From the NCBI RefSeq assembly GCF_037042905.1, contig NC_087251.1, positions 49,415,358 through 49,479,357 on the forward strand: a DNA stretch of 64,000 nucleotides. Reading direction: 5' to 3'. Below are positions 11,925 through 25,600 of the stretch, in pieces (positions within the stretch are counted from its first letter, which is position 1; each line of letters begins with the position of its first letter). A program made the translations under genes and the position numbers. The notes under the pieces are model-generated. The model had not been told where the DNA came from, made no database searches, and saw only the letters and a program-made list of their open reading frames with translations. The DNA comes from Lytechinus pictus. Its lineage: Eukaryota.

Positions 11925-12805
11925 ATTTATTTATTTATTTCTGATATTTTGACAGGGTAGCCCATTCACCAATAAGTAGTGGTCTTCCATGGGGCCCTGA
12001 ATAACAATAAACATATTTACAAAATGCATAACGTATGTACAGAATGTTACAGCATTAAGATTCACATTAGGATTTGAATGTAAAACGAAACATTAACAAA
12101 CTTAGCAGCAAACGAAACGCAGACGGGCACTCGATCGTTTGACGTATAATAAAATATCAATAAATCAAATTAATTAAGAAGGACATCTTGAAAATACTGA
12201 TAACATACACCAAATCATCAAGGTCATGCTAACACAAAATAAGCACGTTATTTATAAATTACAAGTTCTTTTAAACATTCTCTTAAATGAAATGACAGAA
12301 GGAGCTGTTCTAATTGAATTATCAAGCTTATTCCATTCAAATATTGAAGATACGATTGGACTACACTTATAACAATCAGTGCGAAACTTGGGCACGCGTA
12401 AATATCCACTGTCTCTCTGTCTGGTATGATGTTCATGTACATCATTTGGATTGGTTAAGTTTACCTGAAGGTAAGAAGGTGCTAAATTATGAACACATTT
12501 AAATATCATCAAAACGCGACTGAGCTCAAATCGTTTGTCTAGTGTCATCCATTTAAGACTTGTGAACAAATCAGCCGACGGTGTGTCGTATGTCTTGTTC
12601 AATATAATTCTTGCAGCCCTCTTCTGAATTTTTGCAGCTTAATTGTATGGGATTGAAATCTATTCGACCATACAGCAGAACAGTAATCAAATCTTGGCAA
12701 CACTAAACTGTTATAAAGCAACTTTAAGGACTGCGCAGGCAAATAACTTTTCGCTCTCTTTATTATGCCAATGCTTTTCTGAGTAAGTTTACATACATTT
12801 TCCTA
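11925..12805 (-). mobile_element. CR1/L2-group LINE 3' fragment
   Basis: Minus strand reads LYNSLVLPRFDYCSAVWS...RAARIIL..LFTSLKW..H.H.TRQ..EWNKL..SFKR (includes ORF 12252-12602). Followed by a 3' UTR and (TAAA)n tail at 11925-11940. Confidence 0.85.
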
Positions 12806-13541
12806 ACTATATGTTTTCATGGTCACTGAGCACAAAAGTACATGAATCAGATAAGTTGAGTCACTTGAAATGACGATATTTGGTGAAAAACAGCATTTTG
12901 GTGTCATTTTTGGTAAAAAATTGCCTCCAAATCACAATACATAAAACCTTAGCTGTCTATTCATCTGTAGTTTGTTATCTAAATATTTGTTCTCATGGCC
13001 ATTGAGTCCAAAAATAGATATTCAATTCAATTCAATTCTTTATTCCATTTCCATTCAAAACATAATACAGTCTCTATATTTATTCAGAATGAATGTTTCA
13101 CATGCTATTTTTATACTATCTACATAATGATGGGTTATCTTGTCATATTCCCAATGATAATGATGATGATGGAACTGCTGGGCATCAATAAAAATGAAGA
13201 TTTTGTAGACAAAACCTGAATAAGAATGAAAAATTCCCTTTATCCTTCATAAGTTGTAAGTTGAGTTTAAGAAGATATAGTCATAATGTATGCAGGCTGA
13301 TTATAATTATGTAAGACCATGGACCTACTAGAGTAGGTCCATGGTAAGACATAGACTTGCTAAGAGTCAGATGCCCAAGACTGACTATTTCAGAAAATCA
13401 GACAATAATCAGGATAATCATGATAATGGCAACAATGCTAATTGTCTGTGTATTATAACTTGGGGTACGATTTGTAATTTTCACAAGCTGAACCAACATA
13501 GTTACTGATGAAAATCTTTCCAGGAATAATCTACTTGCAAG

Positions 13542-13722
13542 CATAGGCGGTGGAAGCGGGGGGGGGGGGGGTGGGGTCCTGTCCCCCTCTAAATTTGAGG
13601 TGGGGGACGGACCCCCCCCTAAAATTTTTGTTGATAACCTTTTTTTTGTACAATTTTTTGCCTGTGTCCATCACAACATTTCAGGTGGACCCCCCTAAAT
13701 TTGTTGGCTTCCGCCGCCAATG
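13542..13722. mobile_element. hAT-type MITE
   Basis: TIRs CATAGGCGGTGGAAG / CTTCCGCCGCCAATG. 8-bp TSD CTTGCAAG at 13534 and 13723. Confidence 0.85.
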
Positions 13723-14434
13723 CTTGCAAGTGGTGAATTAAAAAGCAAGGAGATATGGGATCTCTAAATGCTTGGCTCACTGTTCTGTAGAGGACAAAAA
13801 AACCGTGTACAAAAACGTAAAAATTACCATATGATTGTGATTTTTAGCATGGTCAGCCCCCCCCCCCCACTTTGAAAACCGTTCCGCGGCCCCTGGACAA
13901 TACAGTCGAATCAGTCTTTGACTTTCTTGCAACTGTATTGTTAGCACTGCATGTACAAGAAGAAGGAAAATCTATACGTATGGCCCACTGACAAAAATAT
14001 TAATATTAGCAATTCTCACAAAAAACTGCTCCTGGATGAAATTGTTAATCTTTGGTCCATAATACACTGTAGCTCCAGTTATTCTACACTACCAAACGTA
14101 TAGTGTAAATAATGCACATTAAATTCTAAGAAAGCCTTCATGTAGATTGCATGAAAAACCCTAATTTCTAAAGCAATTTGACAATGTTTACATGCAGAAA
14201 TGTAAATTGTTTTCCCTTAAATTTGACAACATAAAATCAGGGGCGGATCCAGCCTTCGCCAATAGGGGGGGGGGGGGCGGAATTGTTTTTCAGCCACATT
14301 TTCCCCGATCGGCCGCTCGAAGTTGATTTTTTTTTGTTCGAAGGGGTCGTCCTAATAATCACTTCTAAGCTTTATTCTTATAAATAAAAATCAATATCTC
14401 ATAAGCCTTAATTAAATAGTGCGAGCGCGAGCAA

Positions 14435-15267
14435 TTTTTTGTCTCGCCTGCATAGCAGAGCGAGACTATAGGCGCCGCTTTTCCGACGGCGACGGCGGCA
14501 GCGGCGTCAACATCAAATCTTAACCTAAGGTTAAGTTTTTGAAATGACATCATAACTTAAGAAGTATATGGACCTAGTTCATGAAACTTGGACATAAGGT
14601 TAATCAAGTATAACTGAACATCCTGCCTGAGTTTCAGGTCACGTGATCAAGGTCAAAGGTCATTTAGGGTCAATGAACTTTGGTCAAGTTGGGGGTATTT
14701 GTTGAATTACTATCATAACTTTGAAAATTTATGGATCTAGTCCATGAAACTTGGACATAAGGTTAATCAAGTATAAGTGAACATCCTGCTCGAGTTTCAG
14801 GTCACGTGACCAAGGTCAAAGGTCATTTAGGGTCAATGAACTTTGGCCAAGTTGGGGGTATTTGTTGAATTACCATCATAACTTTGAAAGTTTATGGATC
14901 TAGTTCATAAAACTTGGACATAAGAGTAATCAAGCATCACTGAACATCCCCTGTGAGTTTCAGGTCACAAAACCAAGTCAAAGGTCAGTTAAGGTCAATA
15001 AACTTAGGCCATGTTGGGGTAATTGTTGAAGTGCCATCATAACTTTGAAAGTTTATGGATAGAGTGAATGAAATGTGGACATGGGTGTAGTTGACAGTCT
15101 TAAGTCTCCGTTCAAATGTCATTTATGGTCAATGAACGTGGTATTATGTCATTATATGAATGATGTTTTTGTGAATGATTATTTTTAAAGTAGTTTTCAA
15201 AGTTAGCACTGCTACTATATTAAATTGCGTAATGCAGGCGAGACTGCCAGAGGCGTTCCACTTGTTT
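14435..15267 (+). mobile_element. Helentron-associated (HINE/DINE-1-like) element, copy 1
   Basis: T-run ends, sub-terminal IRs GTCTCGCCTGCAT / ATGCAGGCGAGAC, 5' hairpin, (GCG)n tract, ~163-bp tandem units, short 3' hairpin. Confidence 0.75.
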
Positions 15268-15607
15268 CTATTTCTTGTACTTTGTCCTAAAATTTAAACA
15301 TTCTGGGCAATGTTTGAGATCCTAAACGAGATGTGTATCCAACTGAATTATTACTGCGAGCGCGAAGCGCGAGCAGAAATTTTTAGTATACCTTTTGATC
15401 TGATCAAAAAGGATCTGTTAACGGCTCCTTGCGGTTAGCCATGAAGACGATACATATTTCAACAATCAAACAATGCGAGCGCGAAGCGCGAGCTGAAAAT
15501 ATATATATAATTGTGATGAGCAAGGACCTAAACATTGCGTGGGTGCTTCAGTGAGTAGTATATTGGCGAAGAAGCTCAAAAAGCATTGAAGCTTGAAGTT
15601 GAAGCTT

Positions 15608-15609
<2 letters not shown>

Positions 15610-15660
<51 letters not shown>
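15610..15660. repeat. (TA)n microsatellite
   Basis: Direct reading. Confidence 0.97.
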
Positions 15661-15665
<5 letters not shown>

Positions 15666-15730
15666 TGGCGAAGAAGCTTAAAAAGCATTGAAACTAGAGA
15701 CGTAGCCTGGATTTCTTCAACTTTTATTAG

Positions 15731-15769
15731 TACAAGCTTTCGGCCATTTAGTTCGGCCTTCTTCAGGTA
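15731..15769 (-). ncRNA. Minimal type I hammerhead ribozyme of a Penelope-like element terminal repeat
   Basis: Minus strand: TAC-CTGAAGA-A-GGCC-gaactaaat-GGCC-GAAA-GC-TT-GTA, followed by AATAAA. Confidence 0.72.
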
Positions 15770-15805
15770 TCTGAAGATGTAAAATACATAATGGCTTTAC
15801 ATGTA

Positions 15806-15808
<3 letters not shown>

Positions 15809-15881
<73 letters not shown>
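15809..15881. repeat. (TA)n microsatellite
   Basis: Direct reading. Confidence 0.97.
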
Positions 15882-15884
<3 letters not shown>

Positions 15885-16590
15885 CATTCACTTTAATACT
15901 TTTGTTATTGCTCTGCATTTCTTTCTCCTTTATCCCTAGCCCTTTAAGCGTTCCAAATCCCTAACTGTTATTTCTGTGAAATTGTATTAAAAATACCGAT
16001 ATAGTAGGATGGGGGGGGGGGGGGGTCGGATGTCCGGACACTTTATATTTTATTTATAAGTAAATAAGTTGTGAATAAAATGAATAGCTAGAAAGTAATA
16101 ACAAATATTCGACATCACCTCTGTTGCTTATTGAATTTCAAGATAAAAAGAAACAACTGAAACTACTTTCCTCCAGAATACATATAATGTTTTTAATTAT
16201 AGCTGGCGATATACAACATTTGGTATTAAAACTACAAAAGGCTTATTTAAAAAAAAAATATGTTGTACATACGAGCTGAATACATCACAGTTTAAACATT
16301 AAGAAATAATTAAGTTTTTAATTCAAATAAATTCAAAATAATCTACCTTCTCCTCTTTATCATCATTATCACCGGCATTATCATCATCATCCGCGTCATC
16401 ATCTTCCTGGTTGTTCTCTATGCAACTCAACGAATGCAAAATTGCATAGCGCCACCTTTTGTTTGAAACATTATATCGTTGGTTTTAACTTTCTTCAAAT
16501 ACTAGTAGCTGTTTTTCGGTAATACTAACAAATAACTGAACTTCTTTATATCAATTATATTCAGCATGTACGTATAATTGATTTGTTTAA

Positions 16591-17491
16591 CCCTAAAAGG
16601 ACTGGGGGCCATGATGCCCCCTCAACGTTTCGCCCGATATTTTCGAAACTCAAAAAGATAGCACGAGCTGCACTAGCGTACCTAAGGGGGACAGACTGCC
16701 CCCCCTGACGAGTCACAACTCATGCAAAGGACGTATCCCTGCCCCCCTGAAGAGCCACAAGTGTCCCCCTCCTTTGAACTTGAAGACCTTTTTTTTTTTT
16801 TTTCTTGTCAATTTTTTTTCTGGTGCGAAATTTGCCCCCCCCCCCTTTGGAAAATCCTAGGTACGCCACTGACTGCAAAGACTTCTTTCCTTGAAGTCTC
16901 GCGCAACTTTTGAGACCAAATTCGCGACATACGGGTATAGCATCGCCACGTCACGTGACTTTTTACGCGACAATGTCATGCCGAACATGGCTCATTTGTA
17001 TACTGTGTGTACAAAGTCTATGGGAGATGAAATTCATAAAAGGGTTTATTTTATATTCTAAGTGGTCTGCTTAATTAATTTAGAGTTTTATTAAGTTATG
17101 AAAGTGTCTATGATAATTTCCATTGAAAAAAACCCCAATAAAAAACAAAAGATGAAAAAAAAGATAAATACAAAAGAAATTCTAAAGACAAAGAAATACA
17201 TAAGGAAAAATTGGCTTTCACAAATTTTCTTTGTGGAAACCTATAAATTAGATTGCAAAGATGACATCTGGAAAAAAAAGAAGTAAATATGCAGTGAAAC
17301 TGGGTGTTAAATATGCAAATCATGTTTTTTACGAATAAATTTGCATAACTTCATACTAAATAAAAAATAATCATTTTCAGATTTTTTTTATACTGGCTTG
17401 TAGTTTATGTAGTATAGAATGTGCGTGTCGAATCGCGCGAACGGCAGCCGAGATCAGAAGTCCCATCTCATATAGCCCAGTCCTTTTAGGG
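16591..17491. mobile_element. piggyBac-type non-autonomous element with a nested small TIR element (16671-16871)
   Basis: TTAA-CCCTAAAAGGACTGGG ... CCCAGTCCTTTTAGGG-TTAA. A related copy lies at ~46241-47987. Confidence 0.8.
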
Positions 17492-18256
17492 TTAAGATTG
17501 TCTCTATCATGTCTAAATTTATTCAATAACAGAGATACGATCTTACGTATTCAATGTAGTATAGCGCCAGCTATAGTTCAAATTATAATGTGGTCTAAAG
17601 TAAAATAGTTTTTTTAGTCTACTTGTTATGCAGTGGACAGGTTATTGTTTGAAATTAAACAATTTGTTTTAAAATTTCCATGTTCATTGATAATACAACG
17701 TCCTTTTATCTGCATTTCATTGGGCAGGGTCTTCGTCTTCTTCATTATTGAACTACCCTTATCTATTCACCAGTTGTTGCCGTGGCAGTATCAATATGAA
17801 TTCCATTGTAGTTTTGGAATGAAGGGATGATCAGAATTAAGTATCATGATGTTTAATATGATTTACCGGAATTAAATAATTTGCATTTACGTGTTATTGG
17901 AGTAGATCATTCCTAGTTGATGAGTTTCGAGGATATTTAGCGATTTTTTTTTATCATGGCTAAAATAGATATAAAGTATATTCCTCATTTGTCTCCTCCT
18001 CTTCTTCTCATCTCATCTCCACAGAGTTCTCATCATCATTGTTGCTAATGTGATCGTTGCCAAATGCTGACCGATGTGGACAAACTTCACGAACGAAAGT
18101 CGCATAGCGCCATCTCTTGTTGGAAACATTATATCGCTGTATTTAAACAATAAAAAACAAAAGAAATAGTGAGTAATGGACATCATCGACTGACTCACCT
18201 TGTGAATATGACTGTTTTGTGAAAAATAAGCGAAACTTTAAAATGTCATAACTTTC

Positions 18257-18758
18257 CGCATACATTCGTAATTCCGAAGCTTCGTTATTCCGAAGGTTTG
18301 GATATTCCGAAGGTTCGTTATTCCGAAGGTTCGTTATTCCGAAGGTTCGTATTTCCGAAGGTTCGTAATTCCGAAGGTTCGTTAGTCCGAAAACGAAAAG
18401 ATGTTTGTAATTCCGAAGGTTCGTTAGTTCGAAAACGAAGTGAGGTTCGTAATTCCGAAGGTTCGTTAGTCCGAAAACGAAATGATGTTCGTAATTCCGA
18501 AGGTTCGTTAGTTCGAAAACGAAGTGAGGTTCGTAATTCCGAAGGTTCGTTAATCCGAAAAAGAAACATCAAACCTTATTTTGTTTTCGGATTATCGAAC
18601 CTTCGGAATAACGCCACAAATGTTTGGATTAACGAACCCTTTTACGTTTTCGGATTAACGAACATCGAGGTATAGGCAATTTACGTGTTTCGGAATTACG
18701 AACCTTCGGAATAAAGAACCATCGGAATTACGAACCTTCAGAATTACGAAGTGTAACC
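18257..18758. mobile_element. Foldback/MULE-like MITE built of TTCCGAAGGTTCGT subrepeats
   Basis: Inverted arms of tandem subrepeats. 9-bp TSD ATAACTTTC at 18248 and 18759. Inserted in a TTAA-type MITE fragment. Confidence 0.85.
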
Positions 18759-19249
18759 ATAACTTTCTTATTTTACATCCGATTTTTCAGCACTATGCCA
18801 GTTTGATTTTTCCCTATTTATTAAAGTCAGCATTTTCCTGGGGTGGACTTGACCCTTAACTTTGTTGAAATCGCCCTGATCTGAATGTTTTATAATAAAT
18901 ATAGTATGCGTGAATTACCTTTATGTTTTTGATTATTTCTATCAACTTATCTATGTTTTATTCTAGGAACATTAAAATGTAGTATAGCGCCATCTATACT
19001 TTATGGTCCGTATTCTGAAGGTGTCACGCGCGTAAAACATTCCCCATAGACTTGTGTGTTAAAATGGCACTTAAGAAAAATTCATACTAAAATAAATGTG
19101 AAATTAGAGGGTCGAATGTTTACTACCTTTGGATAGGATATATATCTGACATTCCATATCTGACCAGAGAAGGGTATCGTAGCCAGCTCATTTTAAAAAT
19201 AAATCGCCATTTATGAAGATAACTATGATGGGATCAAATTCATCACCTG

Positions 19250-19420
19250 GGGGCCGTTTCATAAAGTTGTTCGTAAGTTAAGAGCGACTTTAAGAACGAC
19301 TGGTGATCCTTTCTTAGGCGCTTAACCATCGCCAATGAATATATCATTTACCACACGAAAGGATCACCAGTCGTTCTTAAAGTCGCTCTTAACTTACGAA
19401 CAGCTTTAAGAAACGGACCC
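19250..19420. mobile_element. PIF/Harbinger-type hairpin MITE (related copy ~56530-56710)
   Basis: GGGGCCGTTTC...GAAACGGACCC long inverted repeat with CWG flanks. Confidence 0.7.
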
Positions 19421-21880
19421 CAGAAACAGTAAAATAGCCCCAATTCTTCCGCCAGTCAAAAAATAGTTCCAAATCATTTATATATCTTCCCAATTTGGGC
19501 AAAGGAAGTTCAGTGGTTACCATTTTTAGAATCAGTGTTAGATTTTGAATCATATTCATACACTTTTGTCAATCAGCAATATCAAATTGAAAAAAATCGA
19601 ATGGGTTGGGTCGAACGAATATCTTTAGCCTTCCTGATGTAATTAGGCTCATGGCACCTGAAGTCAGGTTTAAAGTTGTGGTTTAAGTATGGGAAGCCAA
19701 AAGTGTCACAATTTTTATAAAGTTGTAATGTTTCTTATGTTTACTGTGCTTTTTCCCTATTCATCGATGGTGAAGACAATCATCTATTTATACTATCTAG
19801 ACAATTATGAATGATTTGAGAGCCAAATGAGCTGAAATATGATATCTCTATTGTTAGTGATTTATGTAACAATTGGCTATCCATACTTAAACCACAACTT
19901 TAAACCTGAGTTTAGTTAAACCAGAATACGGGCCTATATGTTTGCATATTCAAAAATGTACTCTATACGCTATTTTTTTTTCATCGAAAAAGAACTTGAG
20001 ATCGTCGGTGGAAATACTCAAGTGATATAAAATAGATTTGAATTATCATTATGTCCACCAAGAATGAAAAATGCTTTTGCAACTGATTTAATGTGTAGAT
20101 TATCATTGCTCCAACTTTTTTACAAGTGTGCATGGCACAATCATACACACCAGTCATGAATGAAAATATGAAATGATTAACATTAAAGTGAGGACATCCA
20201 GCCAACCTAATGAAAATTCATGACTGCGTGCATATAACTGTTTTCACAAAATATTGCTGAAGTTTAGAATTCAGTAACTGTGTTCCTATCACATTTTGAT
20301 GAAATTGCGTTCTCGGTGAATTTTACTCTATTAATTTTATTCAGATATAATTATTTTTTTCTGCCTGGAGTAAGGATTCGGGTTTTAAATGTTTCAAATT
20401 TTCATGATATGTTTTGATATTCTGGAGATAAATTTGTCACTTCTATATTCCTTACATTAATTTATCATATTTGTGCAATTAAATGATAATGATAAAAAAA
20501 ACCTCTCCAGATTTTCAATTAGGTTTAGGACATCTGAACATCAACAAAGAGGTGGAAAACAGAAAAAAAGGGAGTGGATTTAAGGCATAAAGGTTCGCAT
20601 TGTGATTCGATACTGAATGTTGATGGAAATTGTATATATCATCTTTACTGCACTTTTCTTTTCGCCCTCTTCTTTCCACTTGCTTTTAATTTTTTTGTAT
20701 TTTTACGATTGATGTGTAATTCTTTTCTTTGAATCACAAAAAAACGGGGGAGGGGGGTGTTTCTGGAAAACTCATGAACGAGTGCATGCCATATGGTCTT
20801 TCGAAGATGCTACACTAAACAAAGACCCTTCATGAAATAATAGGCCCAATATTATCATCTACCCTATCTTCAGATCAGTGATCCCACCACACCCTCCGAT
20901 CGGTTGCCCAGGGATCCCAGTCTGCATGACCGATAAATGGATGCCTTTACCTCGATCCCTGCTTTGATTGACCCTTTGTTGTTTACAAACTGGAACGAGG
21001 TTTCACGTGAAAATGGCTTCACGTTTACAAGCAGTAGTCTATTAAAAAACAAACCTAAAAAAATCATATAAGAAGAGATATCAAACAAATTACATAGGAA
21101 AAATAAGTTTATGAATGAAAATATTTGATTTGATTGAATGTAGTCTTATCATTCTGTTTGCTTTTCTGAATACTAGTATGTTATTTGTGAATTATGAATT
21201 CATCACATTTCCTACTTCGATTCGATCTTATATACTTAGACTACTAGTACGTTATCTGACCCCAAATCAACACAACAACAAATACATGCGCCCCGCCCTC
21301 AAGCTCTCGCGAGTCGCGACTATACGTTTCGTATACTATTTTTGTTGGGATCGTCGTGCTGATGTCTTCTGATGAAAACGCCCGGTGAAAAACGTCATCT
21401 ATTTTCTTAATCTAACGTTGGATTTTTCCTGCTCAATTTGGATGGTCTTTCCTGTTACTCTGCCTGTGATACCGATGTCAACGACAACGTTTATCTAGAT
21501 GCTGATTGAATCCGTCGAAGAAGTGACTCGAGTCTGCATGACTCTCTGAGACTGAGCCTCGGCTGAGCTCTGCCTCGCCTTCAGCTGCCGCTATGCTCGC
21601 GTAGAGGTTGGACATGTTAGACTAAGACAGTTGGTTGTTTCATCTTGCTGTTCTGCATGTAGCCCTTAAAATTTCAATTGAAGAGGACCTCTTTCCCTAA
21701 GTTGGTACTAAACTGTAGGCAGCCTTAGCCCTTGGCCTTAGCTTAACCAGACTGAGTGTTTATTTGAAGCAACAGAACTGGCTCAATTGTTCATCATCAT
21801 AATTCATACTCATTTTTAGCCCAGCCCAGGCATTCATTCTATTCTATATACCAACTATTGAAATCAAGGATTTATGCAAA

Positions 21881-22627
21881 ATGGAGAAAGCAGAAAATGC
21901 AGATATTCAGAACTTGCAGAACGCAGCGGGAAATAGCGTTGCCAGTCCAAACACAAGGCGCCGTCTCCTCAAGATGAAAGCCCCAAACTTGCCAAAGCTT
22001 CATATCAAAATACCATTCCTGAAGCGAGGATTTCATGTTGATGATGGCCGCGGCTGCCACAGTGCCGATGTAGTCAGCAACTCCCTTCCAAGTGAGTCGT
22101 TCATGCCTAGTAAAATATATGATGTCGAGTTGTATCATGATTGCGAAGAATGTGGTGAGGAAGATTCAGAGAACCTACCAGAAGGCGATCACGATTCTTC
22201 CATCGTCGCCAAGGCAGTGGAACCGGAAGATGAAGCTGACTCAGACAAGCATCAAAGCGACCTTGATGAGAATGAAAAGGACAATGAGAAAGAGATGACA
22301 GAAAATGGACAGGAGAACTCCCAAGAAAATACAGCTACGGAAGAGGTTGAGAAAGTATCAACAGAAGGAGCTGCGGCACCAAGTACCAAAGAGGGTTGTC
22401 TAAAACCTTGCTTAAAGGTTAATTACCATGGTCGACGCAGGGCTAGCACTTACCCAGGACCTCACGACTGCCTGGAGGCTAGCTTCAAGAGATGCGTCAC
22501 GTTTTCACCGGACACGGTAGAACCTGCCACCAGGAACTGCAAGTACCGGGAATGGATCGAGAAGAAGTGCATTCACCCGAGGAGCCCCCAGATCAACGTC
22601 AAGCATGAGAAGAGAAAATGCCAACTG
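21881..22627 (+). CDS. Uncharacterised acidic, disordered protein, coding exon 1 (249 codons)
   Basis: 263-codon ORF with coding-like composition and start context AAAATGG. CTG|GTAAGC donor at 22628. CpG-rich upstream region with TCTCGCGAG at 21305. Confidence 0.8.
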
Positions 22628-25600
22628 GTAAGCATTATTAAAATTAATCATTCAAGTAATCAAGTTTTATGACAAAAGACCTGGGGCCTGTTGCATAAAA
22701 CTTTTTACCTGAGAAAACTCTGGTAAAAACTGAAAACTAAGGTTAGTCCGATTTCTGCCATTGACTTTAACACAGGGCAAAAACTCCGGTAAAAACAACC
22801 TGAGTTTTCTCAGGTAAAAAGTTTTATGCAACGGGCCCCAGGGGCCCGTTTCTCAACACCGTCATAAGTCTTAACTTCTTGACTAAATCGGATATAGTGA
22901 GCTACTTGTCCGCTAACCGTTTCACAAAGCCCTCTTTGCCAAAATCGGGGACAACAACCTGACTAAATTTTTATGACTCCGAAGAACCTGTCATAACTTC
23001 TTAATGACGTAGTGGCTAGTGGCATCACGTGGGTAGACTATGACATGCAAAAGTGCCTCGAAATTTGAAAATTATAATCTAACGTAATCAATCATAGGAG
23101 TTGAAATTAGATGTATATATATAGCAAAACAAGTGAAATAGGTCATTCAGTAATTATTGTATTGCATAGAAACCATAAAAACTGTTGGTAAAACGCCTCA
23201 AAACCATTCATTTTGAAAAAGTAAATTAATTGAATTAATAAAGATTCTACCATGTCAGGCCATCCATAACTGGACATGTATTTGCTGTTTTCAGACCCTT
23301 ATCAACATTTTTATAAATTTTTATCTCTAATTTATGCATAGAATTTGTTGAATTTATGTTTCAGTATCAAAGACTTAAACAATTTATAGAAAACTATTAT
23401 TTTGATGTTTGGATTGTAGGATGGTTATTTGGTCATTTTCTTTAACTTGTGCTTTCTTCAGCTGTTTTACATAAAATTTCTGTTCCGTCATAGGGGTGAC
23501 ATGTTTCGCGCGAAATTCGAAACCGCAGCATATATAGGCATTCTACACCTGTCGTGTGGAGTAGCGCGCTCAAAATGTGTGAAGATCGCTTCCCGAAGAA
23601 CGGTTGTGTCCTCACTTATGCTAAAACCAGTTTAACGAGGCAAAGCGATCTTGAAAACTACATCGCGAGGTGGTTTTCCAAACTGGTTTGCAAGATCGCT
23701 TCCAAGACCGCTTCGACCGTTCTCACTACGCGTTAAACTAGTTTCCACTAAACTAGTTTCCAGTAAACTAGTTTTAGGAACGTAGTGAGAACAGCCTCAA
23801 AGAATCCTCTGTCAATTCTTTTGTGACCAAGTACTACTAATTCTAATTGGGTAATCCCGGAGGGGGGGGGGGCACTCACATATATTGGTGTTACGGGAAC
23901 ATGCCGCTTTGATGACCCCCTTTTTCAGACCTAATTTTCAGTTCTCTAGATACTCCGAATGACAAAAGTTCCTTTCAGAAGCCGCCCTGCCCCGCTGGCA
24001 AGACCCTCATTAGGAAACATCTCAGTTCCTAGCCCTGCCAAATTTGACCAGCGCAAACTCCGCATGCGAGAGCTGCACGCAGGTCTTCACAACTCTCCGC
24101 TAGCAGCTCTATGCATTGCTAGCACGGGAGGTCACTTCCATTGACGAGTGGATACCATGCGCGACCATGGGGTCTCGAAAAGCACCCTAAACATGTATTT
24201 TCCATATTCTGAAAATGCACCCCATAATAAGTATTGGCATGTGAAACCCTACCCTTAATAAGTATTGGAAACAAAACGATACTATTGGCAAGTATTCCCT
24301 GAAATGAACCCCTAAACACAGTAAATCTACATTTCAACATGATGAAGTTGTTTGGTTGAGTCAGTGCTAAGTTCCAAAACCCCAAAATTAAAATTTTCTT
24401 AATTGCTATTAACCCTTTTATTGAAGGGCAAATTTGATCAGATTTTGAGTTTTGCACATTTGTAACACTGGAATTTTCTTTCTTTGCTGCGCACGTTCAA
24501 CAAAATTAATGTTTCTAAAATTCATTTACAAATATATTAACTATATTTAGTATTAGGTTCGCCAATTCATATGTTAAACTTTATTTATTTCTTTGTGATT
24601 AACAAAACACAAATGTAGTATGACTGCTTACTGAATCATCGTGTTCTAAAATGTTTCCATTTGATAGTTAGATTTGGATTTCACTCTGTAATGATAATTG
24701 AAGTTCTTCCTTCAGTTCAACCCAAGATGCTTAACTTAATTGAACCGCTATCTATATTAATTGAAAGAGAAGTCTGCTATGAATGAATTGTTTAAATACA
24801 TTTAATCAATAAACTGCTTGGCTTTCAGTGTGAATAGGCAGTCTAGCTGTACATACATGTCACCCCCCCCCACACACGCCTTGATAAAGAAAAGTGATAT
24901 ACCCCCTGTGCTGCCACGGGTGATTGCTGCTAGTGTGGTTATAATTAGGAAATGGCTTAGTAAATGAATGTGGAGTTGTTTTTTATAGGCCTATAGTTGA
25001 AGGCAGGCTCAAGGTAATGATTTGGATGCTGGTATATTTTCAATGCACATCATTGTGTATACAATGTATACTATAAAGGCCCATCCATGTACATGTCCCG
25101 GGGGGAAGGGGTACTCGACCAAAAAAGTAGTAGGTATGTGCCGCGGGCGAGACAAAAGAGGGGGCCTTGGAGCGGGCTTATTGTAAAAAGGAGGGTCCTC
25201 TGAACGGGCTTCAGAACTACAAATGTTTGTGAAAACGGGGGGGGGGGGGCCTTGGAACGGGTCGCCTGCGTGTGAGTGCGTATGCATCCCTATGGAACGT
25301 GCATGCAGCTAGCCCGGCGGCACGGGCGCCGGGTGCGCTAGCGCAGAGGCGATGGTCGGACAGCGCTCTGCGGACGCTTTTCACCAAAATTGAGGCTCAT
25401 TGTAGCAGACCAATGTGGCCGGAACGGCGTAATCGAAAATATGCGAAGCTTTGGAGCGGATTTCTTTCTTCTTTTTCCTCGATAAGAATAAAATGCTATG
25501 CTTTGGAGCGGCTTTCTTTGCTCTTTTTCTCAATAAAGCAAAAATGCTATGCCTTGGAACGGAAATTTGAGTGTAAAAATGGGGGTCCCCTCCACGGCAC

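Noticed and set aside
18298..18675. Repetitive ORFs (VRNSEGSLVRKR...) here and at 49278-49526
   Set aside because: Translations of a non-coding foldback MITE bounded by TSDs.
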